Shown piece by piece: positions 21,660 through 34,120 of a DNA stretch of 64,000 bases; the first letter of the stretch is position 1, and every line of letters starts with the position of its first letter. The notes beneath the pieces were generated by a model. The model did not search any database and had not been told where the DNA came from. It worked only from the letters and a program-made list of their open reading frames with translations. Position numbers and translations under genes: made by a program. This stretch comes from Marsupella aquatica (lineage: Eukaryota; Plantae; Marchantiophyta): the NCBI GenBank assembly GCA_973895155.1, contig OZ316892.1, forward strand, positions 13,692,761-13,756,760. The letters are read 5' to 3'.

Positions 21660-23318
21660 TGATGATTTAAACATTATCCTAGAACTTCAACTCTGCTGAC
21701 CTCTACATTCTAAACACATGTGTTTCTTACCACCTTTTTTAGTCCAAATAAAATGTGTACACCATTGCTATGGTAAGTGAGTTATATGAAAAATTATATG
21801 TACATCTTCTTCAGTCATTAACTATTTCTCCCATTTCATAAACATCATTACTTTCAGTACATTCTACAGTAATTCTTACATGGATTGTCATAAGCTTGGC
21901 ATTTTCTTTAGTCTGAAGTTATGAAGATGATATTCTAAGTGTTAAAATTATTTAAGAGTTTTTATTATGATTTTTGAAGAAAGTGGAGCCGAGATGGATT
22001 TCCCACTCGGACACTTTGCTCCCCTGTACCACATTTTGGTGGTCCATGGGAGTTTTGGGCTTATAACTTGATAATTGTGAGTTTTAAGATAATTTGTAGT
22101 TTTTGACCTGCAAGGCAATTAGAGAAGGAGGAGGCGTGAAAAAACACAAGCCCTAATATTTCACAATAACACAATGAAAATTAATCTAATAGAATTTACC
22201 TCTTGGCATTTCATGATGAATAACACAACCAAAATGGCTAAAATTTCACTGTCACTTTGATGGAAGTGTAGCTTACCCACTCCTCTAGCCCAAAACTAAA
22301 AAGTATTTGATTTGATGAACACCAAGTTATTATAAATAAACTTAAATTTTGGGAAATGTGGTCCATGGAAACATCACTTTCATTTTTTAAAGTAATTTAT
22401 TAATTCAACTCATTAAGATAAGATAGCTGTCCTTTTCCCTTTCTACAAGACAAACTAACTAATCATGGTCCACAGTGGACATGCTATACTAAGATAAGTT
22501 TATTGAGTTTACATCAAAAACTATAGTAAGAGGTCCTTATTTTTTTATTTTATGCTATCTTACTCTAATTTCCTTTTAATTCATTCCATGAATTTTAATT
22601 ATGTTAGTTCCTTATGTTTTTGAAGGTGATTCCAGAGTCAGAGCTTTGAGTCAAGTGAGGATTGACTTCCCTCTAAAGCCCACTCTCAATCAGGAATTTG
22701 AGATTTTGTGAGCCCAGCTCCATTGCCTAGAACATTTCCATTCATTATGGCTTTAGATCAATTGGCGTCAACTAAAGAGAGAGCCCCTCACAATGGGTTT
22801 AGACCAGTTGGTGTGTTTTAGATCAACTGGTGTCAACTAAAAAGAAAGCCCTCCCAACGTAGCTAAGTTGCACTCAAGAAACTGCATAGGCTTCCTCCTT
22901 GAATTGGGTTGGCTTTGCAGCCAAAATCCATGTTCTTATTGAAATGTTGCTGGGCTCTTTGACATTACAACTTTTAGGGAAAGAAGTGACTAATATGACG
23001 CATTAGTGACTCATATTAGTTATGAATCCCTAGGAGATCCAGATGAGTAAAAATTTCACGAGTGAGGTACAGACTCTGCCCATTTCTTGTCTGGAAGAAA
23101 TGAATGGGCAGCGTTCAGGTTGTCTGGTTGGAATAGTTGGGTGAGAGCAAATACAAACATCTTTAGCTCAATAGTAGGCTTTGCACCAAAAACTGCCTTC
23201 CGCGTTTCAGGCTGAATATTTACGATGAGTACGTTGTTTATAGCTGATCCTTGACTGTGTTGCCTCTCCCTTGTTAGGGAACTATGGTTTTAGGTCTAAC
23301 ACCTAAGAGCATCTCCGC

Positions 23319-23463
23319 CCAATCCTGACAACTACAATATCCTGGACAATAAAAACCAGAGTTGTAGCCACAACCATGCAGTGAATCATAACCAATCCTG
23401 ACAACTAGAATAGCCCGGACAATGAAAACCAGAGTTGTAGACACAACCATAGAGTGAATCATA
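23319..23463. repeat. 73-bp tandem duplication
   Basis: CCAATCCTGACAACTA.AATA.CC.GGACAAT.AAAACCAGAGTTGTAG.CACAACCAT..AGTGAATCATA at 23319 and 23392. Confidence 0.9.
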
Positions 23464-23563
23464 CTGTGAAGAATCGTTTAATTCTCCATAGGAGAGGATT
23501 TCATAGCGTGTCACAGTGGGTGCTGATACACTAATGAAGGGTCTTAAGTTTATTATAGTACTA

Positions 23564-24821
23564 CTAGCCGTATGTCTCTGCTTTGCACAAAAGATGTTGA
23601 GGGGAGGAAAAAATGTTGAGGAGAAAAAAAGAAGTCGAGGTGAGGAAAAGAAGTTGAAGTGAGAAAAGATGTCGATGAGAGAGAAGATGACAAGGTGAGA
23701 AAAAGATGCCAAAGGTGATAAAAAGATGGCAAGATGATTGAGAAAATAAAAGATAAGATGTCGAGGTTAGGAAAAGTGTCGAGGAGAGAAAATGATGTCA
23801 AGGAGAGGAAAAGAAGTCAGGGTGAGAAAGGATATCAAGGTGAAAAAAAGATGTCGATGAGAGAAAAAATGACAAGGTGAGAAAAAATGGCAAGGTGAGA
23901 AAAAAAACGTAAAAGGTGAGAAATGATGCCAAGGTGAGGAAAATTTGTCAAAGAGAGAAAACATGTCACGGGTGAGAAAAAGATGTTGTGGTGAGATAAA
24001 AATGTCAAGGTGAGAAAAAGATGGCAACATGAGAGATTCAAAGATAAGATGTGGAGATAAGGAAAAGATGTCAAGGAGTGAAAAGATGTTGAGAAGTGAA
24101 AAGATATCAATGTGAGAAAAGCATGTCAAGGAGAGTAAAATATGTTGAGGAGAGAAAAGATGTCAAGATGAGCAAAAGATGTGGAGAGAAAGAAAATGAA
24201 AGAGAGAAAAAGATGTGAAAATACCACTTTTGGCAAGGTATATAAGACTTACTAATGAATCATGCATGGTAACTTAGTAAGCTACAAATGTGACAACCAA
24301 CTCATGTCTTTATTGTCTAAAGACAAAGTAATCTTGAGGGGCCAACCAAAATCCAAGGCTCTAATAGGGATATCATGTGATGTTATTTTCCAACAATTGG
24401 TTTAGAATGAGATTCTGTTTAATTTCTGGCTCAAATTTCAAAGTTGGAAAAAGAAAAATCTCACCCAATTTTGAGAAAACTATTATCCAAGAGTGCTTTA
24501 TAAAAACGTTCAGGAGTTTCCTGAGTCTACGGCTGCATTGGGCATTGATGTTGGAGGACAGATGTCACCCTGGTGTCAGGGCATCCTTCATCTTTGTCCT
24601 GAGTCCTTTCATGCTTGACCCATTATCATTAGGGCCTCCATAGTCTTTGTCCTTCATCATTTCATCCCGTGAGGTCAAGGGTTAAGGGTTTAACTTCACA
24701 ATCCAACGATAATTAAAAACCTTGCTCACGATCTAACAGTTATTGATGATTCCCGCCCAGACCTGGTTTTGTAAAGGGATGACTGACAAAATCTGGCAGG
24801 ATTGAGTATTATAGATGTAGA
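23564..24821 (-). mobile_element. Non-autonomous Helitron-like element, family B, copy 2 (GA-rich minisatellite interior)
   Basis: The minus strand begins TCTACATCTATAATA (24821) and ends CTAG|T (23564). Both termini are shared with 21125-21659. Confidence 0.6.
23590..24220. repeat. Purine-rich degenerate minisatellite, about 19-bp unit GAGAAAAAGATGTCAAGGT
   Basis: Roughly 30 consecutive variants of the unit. It accounts for the F/S/L/H-rich shadow ORFs on the minus strand. Confidence 0.85.
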
Positions 24822-26299
24822 AGTGTTGTGAGCATGCTCTACCATTTCTGTACAAAGCCAAAACCACATTCAAGGGAACTATGATCATGATCACAGATGT
24901 TTATGGAATCTGGAGAAATATTATCCATGAACAAATAGCTGTCCTGCGACTTATGGGATCAGTGTTTGAATTAACACATTTACCTTGTAAAGAGGCCTAG
25001 AAGATAGGCTCAAGATTACAAACGCCGGAATCAACTTCAATTGTGAACGGAAAACCGACACACGTTGTCGTTTCCACTAATCCATGTGCGATGCCAAGCC
25101 TCGGAATAATACTGCCTCCACGGCAATAACTCTAAGATAACCTCTATATGTGCTCCACCAAACTACAGTGCCTGATATAACTTAGAAGTGATTGGTGGAC
25201 CCCCTATTTCAAAATGAGTTTTGGAGACTTGTACTAGTCAGAAAGGGAGACTGAATAGGACTTTGGTGTCAGCACTCACCCTTTTGGCTCTTCGTCTTTC
25301 CTATCTGCCGTGATTCTCCCCATTCCATACGATGTCCCTTCAAATTGAGCTCGGTCATGCTCACAGCAGAAGTTACTTAATACATTTGAGGCAGCCAGTG
25401 CTCTTATCACAACAGAAGTGAAATGCCAGAAGGCCAACACGGATTAGTTGTAGCATCGATTTTTTTTGTTTACGACCAATGTCTTTTCTGCCATGAAAAA
25501 TTCCTCCTTCATAGAGATGTTGTTAAATGCCGGCAGTCGTCCATTTAAGCAAGCGAAAAATTCTGCACCGAGAACAGTGAATGGGAATATTTGGTTGGTT
25601 GTGGCTAATCAGCAGTCATTGATGGCGCAATCAAAAATCGGATAATATGTACACTCGTCTAGCTCAAATCAAATGAAAGTGCTCAGTGTAGGGACCACTC
25701 CAAAGAAATATCCTGTTCCAAAGAATCTGACCAATTTGCAGCGCTTGTCTTGAGTTTAGCCCATCAGCTCAGGACGAGAGAGTCAATCTTTTTGGCCACT
25801 AAATTGGCTCCAATGACGCACTTTCAGCAACCAAGCAATCATACAAGCGTTTTTCCTACATGCCTCTCTTTCCTTCCCAGCTTGTCAATCCCTGGAGCAT
25901 GCAAGTAAGCTAGCGAGCTTTGATGACATATATCCTCTGGTACTGTACAGGAATGTACTGATCACGACTTCTATTTTCTGTTATGGCCAACTCACTGACG
26001 TATTTCTTTCCTTCATCCTACTCCAAGACTGAGCGCTGATGGTCCGGTCGGATCCTTTGATGACTTCGGATAAAAACCGAAGCGCAGATGTTGTGAGGAC
26101 AAAAGTTTGGAATACCTCTCCCTGCCTCTGTGACAACCTCTCCTCGAGACGTGTGACAATATGTCTAGAATATACTGATCACAACGTCCAGTAAGCATGT
26201 TCACCTTCTGAAATCCATAGGAGAGTTTTGGAAGACACGCGCAGAGATTGCTTTTCAGAAATGGACAGCAATTTACTCTCCTTCGTTGAATCAAAGCCT

Positions 26300-28011
26300 T
26301 CATGCCACAGGCATGCCATACGTCAGAAGAGTTCGTGCAATTATATCCCTCGACTTGTTGCAAAGTTCATCTGCACTTCCCCCTCGAATTTGAGGATGGA
26401 TGATAACTTTGACCTTTCCTGGCCTAAGGGTCGACTCCAGTCCATTTGGCATCAGCTTCCCAGTTCCCACCAAAGCAATTGGAACAACTGGTACATTTCC
26501 TTTTGTTGCAACATTGAAGGCACCTTTCTGGAAGCATTCAATCAGGGTCTTACGTTAAACTCCAGTACAGTTGATAGTTCAGACATTCAGGTTTTCTTAT
26601 GAAATCCTCAGGTTTTATGGCGCAAGGGAGAGAAGAATATTAAAGAATGGATGTGACTAAGTCGACCTGCTCATCACAAAAGAACAAATTGGGAATTGAA
26701 TCGGAAAAGGGAGCTGGCAAGTCAAGCTGATCTAAAAGCCTTTGAACAAGAACAACCTAGGATATCTGAACCAGGGTTTTAGCAAGTGTCGTGTTTTATG
26801 AAAGAAAGGTCCTGACTATATTATGCCTTGATTATAACATTGGGCATGACAGAAGATACGAATAATGTGTACCTTGAATGCAGCCATCTTGCCATCAGAA
26901 GTACGAGTACCTTCAGGGAAGAAGAGCACGGGCACACCTATCTTCACTAATTCAATACACTTTTTCAAACACTCCTGCAAAAGAACTTCATAGAATCACC
27001 ATCTTGTTATTCTTACAGAAATTCACAGGAGAGAATATGCGTGAGGAGAGATTTGATTACTTCTCAGCAAGTAATAGACAATGCAGTAATATATTCTGAA
27101 ATAAAATTCACACAACGTCTAGCCATTGTAGCCGGCAACCTGACTCGGGAATCACTTATAGCTCATTCTTGCATGCCAATCAGTTCTATGAACAGCCGGA
27201 GGGAAGTAATTCTTTACCAGTTGACTACGTTTGTCCATGCGGCGTAATGGCACATGACCAGTAAGATACATTGACCAGCCAATTATAGGAATCAAAAAGT
27301 TGCTTGTCTTGCTGATGAACTTGAATGGTCGTCCAAGTAGAAAGAGAGTGTAAATATCCAAGAAGCTTTGATGATTAGCGACGTAGACTGCAGGCTCATT
27401 TGCAGATGGGAGGTTTTCAAGGCCAATAATTTCTGCCTTGTAAAATAATAAAATAGTTAACGATGCCCACACCCTATTTACCATATGTTGTGCCTTCCGG
27501 CGGTACTTGTCAAAAACCAGTACAAATGGTTGCACTGCTAGCATGACGAAAAATAGGGGCACTGCCACTGCATATGTCCATAAGTAGAAGCAAATTGCCC
27601 GAATCCTCAAGGGAAGACTCTTGTCTGCCAATTACAGCAACTCACAAGTAAGAATAGATACACGATCATCTGGAAACGGAAAAGATAATTCTTGAAGTCA
27701 TTTTGCACGGACCAAACCAAATTTCGCTACTATCCTTAGAAACCCGTACGCGTTTAAAATTTGGCGAAATAGGACCCAGCCTCACCTGTAAAATTGGGAA
27801 GGTAGTCATAGAGCCCATTACCCGCATCACCTGGTACAGCTGCTCCCGCCACTTGACATGTTACTACTGCCTTTCTCCCAGTTTTATGACAGGACGAGCT
27901 GCGTGAGATGTCCAACCTGAACTGCCTCATCCCTTCTCCTTGTCGGAAGGCATGGCTGCTGAGGGTCAATGAGAGAGCCTTCCCCTTCCTTAGACGCATA
28001 GTCCCTGACAT
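26300..28011 (-). CDS. LPAT1: 1-acyl-sn-glycerol-3-phosphate acyltransferase (plastid-type LPAAT, ATS2-like), about 320 aa
   Basis: Minus-strand exons 28011-27786, 27624-27218, 26974-26873 and 26527-26300, all GT-AG, total 963 nt. PlsC motifs VANHQSFLDIY, FFPEGTR and KGAFNVA..VPVVPI; Ser/Arg-rich transit-peptide-like N-terminus. Confidence 0.94.
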
Positions 28012-29149
28012 TGTAAGACAATTCAGAACTCGGAATGGAACTTAAGCATTCCCGAGCTAGTGAGGGCTCTAGAGGAACAATAGTGATAACTTGTACCACA
28101 AAGACAGCCAAGTAGAGATACTTCTTAGATAATCAATCATTGCTGACGAAATAAATGCCAAAGGAAAGATAAAAGGAACCCTCAGCTCCAGAAGTAGAGC
28201 CCAGGAACTCCGACTAACAGGAAATATATCCACCCAACGCCACAATACGCTAACGCAACCCACACCACAGAAGTTGCACTCACTTCTTGGGACGGAGACC
28301 ATGGAAAACAACTAAAATGCTATGTAGGCATTGGTTTTTAGATTGTCACCTCTCAATTGAAGCAGTCCTCATTCTACGTGGACACCACCACAATTTTGAA
28401 CGAAATTCACTGGACCTGAGTTCTACCTCTGAAGCTCCCAAGGCGTGTCATAGAAATTTCTATGAAACATTACGCAAGGCCCAACACAGATTGCAGACAG
28501 GTAGCAACAAAGTTATCTTCATGTTGGAAAAAACCCTAGACTCCAACAGATGACAACGTCATACATTCTTGATCAACCACTGTCGTGACGCAGACCACAG
28601 ACAAGATTCTCTTGAATGCCCACTTCTACTTCACCGGAAACCCAGCTGAAATGGAAAAAAAAAGGGGGAATCTCTCAAAGAGCGCCTCCAATCGAGATCC
28701 ACACCTGGGCTGCAGCAGTCTACCGGGGTTGCAGCAGTGTGCCGCGCAGCAACGGATCTGAGAACAGCAGCACCGATGGTCGTAGCTGAAACCGCAGCCA
28801 TCTCCACCAACTTACTCCAACGAACTGATAACAGAGTCGCAAACCCTGCCCTGGGCTCTTCTCTGCTCCGCTCAGCTCTTCTTGGCCGAAAGCAAAGCCT
28901 CGTCCCTCAGCTGATTCGAGAAATTTGCTCGACCCCCTCCGAACGAAATTCGTCGACTGCTCAACAGTAATGGATGTTGCCTCGGCAGTGTAGAACCTCC
29001 TGGCATAAACCCTCCTTGTGATTTCCTTTGTAAAATCATCGAGGTGCATGGCGGTGGTCCACCAGCCCATCCAAGAGATTACTGTAGCTCTTTATCCAAG
29101 AATCTTAGATTAAAGAGATTAGCTCTTTATCCAAGAATCTTGAGTGAAC

Positions 29150-29600
29150 AGTTTGTTCCCGAGCATAGTGACACTTGTACCTCTAGAAACAGGGATAATT
29201 TTTTTAATTAATAGCCCAAGGTTTGTGTGCAGTGGTTGTTGTAGGGTCCCCACATCAAAATATGACATATACACACCTTCCATATCATCATAAATGTTCA
29301 TAAATGTTGTTATTTTCTTTAAATCAGCAAGTGTCCACCATATATTACCACATTTTGATGTGTGATTACCGGCGGGGGTTGTTGTAACCATGTTGTCATT
29401 GCGGTTGGGTTGTGGCCGTATCACAGTACAGTATGGTTGTCCTTGCAGAAATGTTATCGGTACCAAAAATATGTGTTTGGCACAGAAAATGTGTCATTGC
29501 GGAAAGTTTGTCCTTGCAAAAATGCTCTTGTTGCACGAAATCCAGGTTGTCAATTGTCCAGATGGTTGCAATGTAAACTAAAGTAGGGACTATCAAATGA
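29150..29600 (-). pseudogene. Decayed coding-like fragment of an unidentified dispersed element
   Basis: The reverse complement of 29348-29370 (GGTAATCACACATCAAAATGTGG) is identical to 46685-46707. Both loci translate to PAGNHTSKCGNI..TL...KK, and neighbouring frames contain stops and frameshifts. Confidence 0.4.
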
Positions 29601-30696
29601 TGTTGATAAGTGCAAGTTGAAAGTAAGGCATAGAAAAGCTTAAGTGGTTAAGGACAATGGGGTGAGGGTTGAGATTGAAAGTAAGATAAGAGAAATTACA
29701 AGTTGGGAGACACAGATAAGTACAATTGGGATGAACACCGCATTGTGGGAGGCAGATTCACCGGCCACAGCAACTTGGCCCCACCTCCAGAAAGAAAACA
29801 AATTGGCCCCCACCCCCCAAAAGAAAAAGAAAACCCACCAGTCTCCAAAAAGCAGGTAATGTGAGAGGGGATGCATGAGGATTCACCTTTGCCCCATGAA
29901 CTACAAAATACACTTGTCAAGGTGTTGAACTTGTGGAATAGTGTGGGGAGTAGTGTGGGGAGTAGTGCACCACATTTGAAAACATGGCCACCTGTGCGTG
30001 AAAAGAGTTGTGGAGTAGTGGCCCTTGTGGAGAGAGTCAGTGGAGTAGGGTCACATGTGAAGAGATTTGGTGGAGTAGAGAGTAAGGGCCGCATATAAAG
30101 AGAGTCAATGGCTTAGGGAGGCTGCCTGGTAAGAGGTCAGCTGGTGTCACCGAGGGTCGGAGGCTATGGTGAATGGGCCACCTCTTCTTGAATTACTTGA
30201 AAAAAGTTTGGTCAGCTACTCTCATGGAGAAGGAGACGTTATGGGCTAGTTATGTGAACTCTACTTGTCCACTCCCACTCCCAGTAGATGTCATCTAAAG
30301 GGCAATCTGTGTGACACTTCAGCCACCCACTGCTGCAGTGGTAATGGAATTCATGTTTGCACTCTAAAAGTAGTGCACCTATAAGTATTGTTGCACCCTC
30401 TTTCACTCTAAAGTATTGTACCTTTAAGTACTATTATTTGTCCCTCTCTTTCACTCTGAAGTGATATTAATCATTTTTTTCTACTTACTTTTAACATTCA
30501 CCTTTTCCTAGACCAGGCCAGTTATGTAGAGTGGCATGTTACTTGCTAAAGTAGACAATTAGGTTCAAGTCAGACAGGAGAAATAAAAATGGCTAATGCT
30601 GATTTGTGTATCTCTGCAAAAGATTGCCTACCAAACCCAAAAATGATGCTATGCCTGCAAATCCCCAAAGGTAGGATAAAGAACTAGAATGAAGAA

Positions 30697-30760
30697 GGGT
30701 TTGGTCAGTTGGCCAGGGGATCAGCCTAGAACCAAGAGGTCCCAGGTTCAATCCCTCCTC
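30697..30760 (+). mobile_element. tRNA-derived SINE-like head or tRNA pseudogene
   Basis: A-box-like TGGTCAGTTGG (30702-30712) and B-box GGTTCAATCC (30745-30754) at tRNA-like spacing. The cloverleaf is not intact. Confidence 0.35.
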
Positions 30761-32000
30761 CACATGCAAGGGGTGTGGAAGGTATATATGCTACCCTGCA
30801 TACAACCACGTGCTCCAGAGCAGGATGTTTATCCTCTAATGGATGGACCTGCTTTTGGTTTTCAAGGCAAAAATAATGTTTTGGTAAGGTCCGATGCTAG
30901 AATCAGCAGTCACTTGAGGAGGAAGAAGATAAGAACCATATCCAAGCTCATATCCAGGACCTTGATGAAACCAACTTGAAGAGAATGTGAGCAACCTAAA
31001 AATGGGGAAATTCCTTCATTCTTGAATTGGTCTAACCTCAATTCTGTGACCATCAGTGATCACCCAAACTGATGTTCGATTCATTGATAGGATTCCTCTG
31101 GATAATGCCTTGAGCTACGCTTCTAAATTAGAAAGGGCTGTCACCAAACACCCACCAGCAACAATCCACTTTTTTTGTCTTAGGTACAAGCCATGTCCTT
31201 TGTTCACAAAAATTATCCATAAACCACTTGTAAGATTCCCCTGTTTCCATGTCGGGTAAACTCCATTGGAGACAAAACTGTATAGAAACCAAAAGGTCTA
31301 CATTTAGTATTGATAGATGAGTAAACATTTACCTTTACAAGAAGTGTCTTACTATATACATATATTTGATCCAAGAGCCCTTGTAAGCAGGCTCTAGTGA
31401 GCATCACCTCAGTGAACAACTAACTAATAATTCACAATCAAAAGCTACACTCTAGAGCCTAGGGCCTAAAGTAAAGGCTCTAGACTGTGACTCTAGCCCC
31501 AACAAGTTTCAGGGTTAGGCAATAGGTGGGAAAGGCAACCTTGGGCCTTAGCAAAGCTCAGGCATTGATTCAGGTTAGTCAACATAATCTAATGATGGGC
31601 CAGGCCTCTTCCGACATTGATGTAGTGCTTCCTTTTCCAAGTAATGAAGAGTAGTGTCTCTTCAATCCAGTTTTGGTCCCTTGCATGTTTATAGGTTGAG
31701 GCTTAGGGGTTTTTTATGTTTGATGAAGGTGACACATGCCTTCCGAGATGTTTTCTTCCCCTCCCCTATTTGTTCTTAATTCTCGTTTGTTCTCTTATTG
31801 TTTTTCCTGCACCTTTTTGGTGGTCTCTTGTATCCCCCTTTAATGCTGGTGCTCATTGCTAGGGGGAGATGCATTAGATAATGATTCCTATTTTGAATTA
31901 GATGGCTTCCTGATCAGAGAAAAATCATAGGAACATTATCAATGGTTCATTTTTGTTAATTTTTATACTGAATGAATTGTATTAGTTTCAAGGGAAATTG

Positions 32001-32120
32001 AAAAGCCCCATTCCATGCCTCACTACTCACCATAAAAGGTGGAGCAATCTCCACCTTTTGTGGAGCACTTGCCAATAAAAGGTGTGGCACTCACCACCTT
32101 TTGTGGAGCTCAAAGCCCAT
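32001..32120. repeat. Dispersed hairpin-bearing repeat (related copies at 46085-46127 and 61465-61563)
   Basis: Perfect inverted repeat AAAAGGTGGAG-caat-CTCCACCTTTT at 32034-32059 and a second imperfect hairpin at 32077-32102. The flank AGCCCCATTCC..CTCACTAC is shared with the other two loci. Confidence 0.7.
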
Positions 32121-32151
32121 TCTTGAACCTATGCAATGAGAGGGGTAATCC

Positions 32152-33488
32152 GTAGCTCTTTATAGGTGCCCTTGTGGTTTAAGGTCATCAAATTTCCAGG
32201 GTTGAGACCCCTATTGGATTGCTTGCCTTTGGGGTCTTGTCTCCCTATTTGAGGCTTTTATCTCTGTGTTTGTCTCTTGGAGTGTGACACATATTCTCTG
32301 TACAGGCCGATAGCTCTTTGTAGGTGCACTTGCGGTTTAAGGTTTTATCCCCTTGTTTGTCTCTTGGAGCGTGATACATATTAGCTCTTTGTAGGTGCAC
32401 TTGTGGTTTAAGGTCATCAAATTTTTAGGTTTGAGACCCCCTATTGGATCTTCTGCCTTTGGGGTCCTGTCTCCCTATTTGAGGCTTTTATCTCCTTGTT
32501 TGTCTCTTGGATTAGCTCTTTGTAGATGCACTTGTGGTTTAAGGTTTTATCTCCCTGTTTCTCTTGGAGTGTTATACATATTTGTTTTTTATCTCCCTGT
32601 TTGTCTCTTGGAGTAGCTCTTTGTAGATGCACTTGTGGTTTAAGGTTTTATCTCCCTGTTTGTCTTGGAGTGTTATACATATTTGCCTTTTATCTCCCTG
32701 TTTGTCTCTTGGAGTAGCTCTTTGTAGATGCACTTGTGGTTTAAGGTTTTATCTCCCTGTTTCTCTTGGAGTGTTATACATATTTGCTTTTTATCTCCCT
32801 GTTTGTCTCTTGGAATAGCTCGTTATAGATGCACTTGTGGTTTAAGGTTTCTTGGAGTAGCTCTTTGTAGATGCACTTGTGGTTTACGGTTTTATCTCCC
32901 TGTTTCTCTTGGAGTATTATACATATTTGCTTTTTATCTCCCTGGTTGTCTCTTGGAGTAGCTCTTTGTAGATGCACTTGTGGTTTAAGGTTTTATCTCC
33001 CTGTTTCTCTTGGAGTGTTATACATGTTTGCTTTTTATCTCCCTGTTTGTCTCTTGGAATAGCTCTTTGTAGATGCACTTGTGGTTTAAGGTTTCTTGGA
33101 ATAGCTCTTTGTAGATGCACTTGTGGTTTAAGGTTTTATCTCCCTGTTTCTCTTGGAGTGTTATATATATATTCTTTATTCTTTATAGATGCACTTGTGT
33201 TTTAAGGTACTCAAATTTTCAGGTTTGAGAACCCCTATTGGATTTCCTGCCTTTGGCGTCATGCGTCTCCGTATTTGAGGCTTTTTATCTCCGTGTTTGA
33301 GGCTTTTTATCTCTTGGAGTGTGATACAAATTTGGGTCATGCGTCTCCGTATTTGAGGCTTTTTATGTAGGTGTTTGAGATTTTTTATCTCAGTGTTTGT
33401 CACTTGGAGTGTGATACATATTTGCGTGTTTGAGGTTTTTTGTCTTCGTGTTCGACTCTGCGTTCTCTTGGAATGTGATACATATTCT
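32152..33488. repeat. Hierarchical tandem array with 101-bp core unit, plus 42-bp and longer variants
   Basis: About 12 copies of TAGCTCTTTGTAGATGCACTTGTGGTTTAAGG. Unit spacing is 101 bp (32526, 32627, 32728; 32871, 32972), with inserted 42-bp half units. Longer units containing TTGAGA.CCCCTATTGGAT lie at both ends. Confidence 0.95.
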
Positions 33489-34008
33489 CGCTCATTTCTG
33501 GTCAATGAAGAGTGAAATCGAATTTGCGCTTCAGGGGCCATAATTGTTCAGTACTCTACAAGTGTCCATATTGACACGAGCTCCGAGCACGATGAAATCG
33601 AGTTCGAACTTCGAGAGGAAAGGATGAAAGGAGAAGAGATGAAATGGAGCGGAACCCACAGAATCGAACGGGGAAGTCTCCTTGGTAAAGACTTGTGAAA
33701 GGGCTACATTATGTTTTGAGAAAACGTGGGAATCTTGAGGTGAGCTATTTCCGAATCACTCTGGATTCAGCGGCCGGTACAGACGAGAAATTGAAGATTG
33801 TCTAAATCACACATGCGGCTCCAATTCTCTCAGCCTTGCATGAATTGTGTTGAACAAGAGGAAACAAGAGGAATCAATTTGGCTCGACAGATTTCCGAAA
33901 TTACTCAAATCCTGGATGTAGATAGAGCGAAGATTGTGGATTTGTTGGTGGCATTGCAAGGCAACTACTGATCCTGTTCTGCGCAGGGCCAGTATTTGGA
34001 GGGACAAG

Positions 34009-34118
34009 ATGAGGACGTGCACAAGGTTCGGTCGCTACTACCAAAAGGAAGAGGATTATGTTGGACGATGAGAAAGAGTCCCGGCAGTTGTTTTGAAGCT
34101 ATAGCAGGAGGACTTTAA
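34009..34118 (+). promoter_or_regulatory. Three overlapping upstream ORFs before the SKI2 start codon
   Basis: ATG ORFs at 34009-34071, 34058-34096 and 34068-34118, one in each frame, downstream of a candidate 5'UTR acceptor (TTCTGCGCAG, ending 33986). Confidence 0.45.
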
Positions 34119-34120
34119 AG

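Noticed and set aside
23386-24129. F/S/L/H-rich minus-strand ORFs
   Set aside because: They are translations of the GA-rich 19-bp minisatellite.
28720-29070. 116-aa ATG ORF upstream of LPAT1 on the same strand
   Set aside because: It has no recognisable domain and lies in the probable GC-rich promoter or leader, where chance ORFs are common. I cannot support it as a gene.
32395-33205. Series of near-identical ORFs (MHLWFKVLSPC..., MHLQRATPRD...) and a superficially CRISPR-like periodicity
   Set aside because: These are products of the 101-bp tandem array. The intervening sequences are repeated rather than unique spacers, there are no cas genes, and the context is eukaryotic.
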